Shown here piece after piece: positions 62,563 through 64,000 of a stretch of DNA of 64,000 bases. Source of the stretch: Nitrospirota bacterium (GTDB lineage: Bacteria; Nitrospirota; Nitrospiria; Nitrospirales; NS-4); contig CAWBGA010000001.1 in assembly GCA_963788195.1 (NCBI GenBank), positions 288,001 through 352,000 of the forward strand. Reading direction: 5' to 3'. The notes under the pieces were generated by a model that was not told the origin of the DNA, did no database searches, and was given only the letters and a program-made list of their open reading frames with translations. The stretch's first letter is position 1; each line of letters opens with the position of its first letter. Position numbers and translations under genes: made by a program.

Positions 62563-63285
62563 GTGCCGACGGCCCGGCGTTTTCGTCCTCCGTTCCACAC
62601 TGAAGATTGGCATACTCCTCAAGGCCGGTTTATCCGTGAGGTAATGTTCGGGATCAATGACGGCCTGGTCTCGACGATCGGATTTGTGGCCGGGGCGACG
62701 GGCTCCTTGATGCAGACGCGCCTGGTCCTGCTCGCGGGTATCGCCTCGGTCGTGGCCGGAGCCTTGTCCATGGGGATCGGCGCCTACCTTGCGAGCAAGT
62801 CTCAGCGGGAGTTCTTCGAGAGCGAGAAGGCGCGGGAGCATCGTGAGATCGAGGAAGTTCCGGAGGATGAGCGGAAGGAGATCCGCGACATTTATGCGCG
62901 TTTGGGCTTTCAGCCGGACGAGGTGGAAATGATCGTGCGGCGCATCACCTCGAATAAGGATCTCTGGGTGCAGACGATGATGCGCGAGGAGTTGGGCATT
63001 CTGGAAGAGACGGTCAATCCGGCCACGATCGGACTGCTGATGATGGTGGCGTTCACGTCGGCGGTATTCCGCCCCTCCTGCCGTATCTGGTGATGCAGGA
63101 GCCGTTGCGCGCGCTGAAAGTGGCAGTGGTCGTCTCGCTGCTGGCCCTGTTTCTGATCGGGGTCGTGAAGACCGCGCTGACCAGCAGCCTGGATGAGGAG
63201 CGGCCTTGAGGTCATGTTCCTGGGCTCGCTTGCCGCCGGTATCGGATTCGCGATCGGAAAGTTGTATCTCGTGGCTGTGGCCTGA
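62563..63285 (+). CDS. VIT1/CCC1 family Fe/Mn transporter (apparent frameshifts, end approximate)
   Basis: FGINDGLVST, AGALSMGIGAYL and MMREELG. Confidence 0.88.
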
Positions 63286-63323
63286 AGTCGGCGGAGGTGG
63301 GGTTATAACAGAAAGGAGGAGCA

Positions 63324-64000
<677 letters not shown>

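Overview
This is a bacterial chromosomal segment, most likely Nitrospirota. That call is inferred from a Nitrospira-type chlorite dismutase, SmbP, the gatC-panD-gatA-gatB order and tandem DUF507 genes. Housekeeping genes dominate: ispDF-cysE, truA, tatD, metG-holB-tmk, glmUS, gatCAB, eno, era-mgtE-recO and tldD-pmbA. There is also a metal-uptake porin/ABC operon and several redox and metabolic genes. Many single-base frameshifts, even in essential genes and increasing towards the 3' end, look like long-read indel errors rather than pseudogenes. No rRNA, tRNA, CRISPR array or transposase was recognised. The most unusual signals are: (1) a ~50-bp G-rich hairpin element (GGG-N-AAA, covarying stem with GT-CNNG-GC apex, RGGG-N1-2-GGG-N-GGGTG tail) in about 12 copies, which nests inside its own loop up to three levels deep and interrupts the era coding sequence; (2) a single-chain tandem malic enzyme whose two halves have complementary motif losses; (3) a His-rich leader ORF with a frameshift-masked RGPP arrest motif upstream of the metal-uptake operon; (4) two more structured repeat families, one also self-nesting and one tandem upstream of eno.
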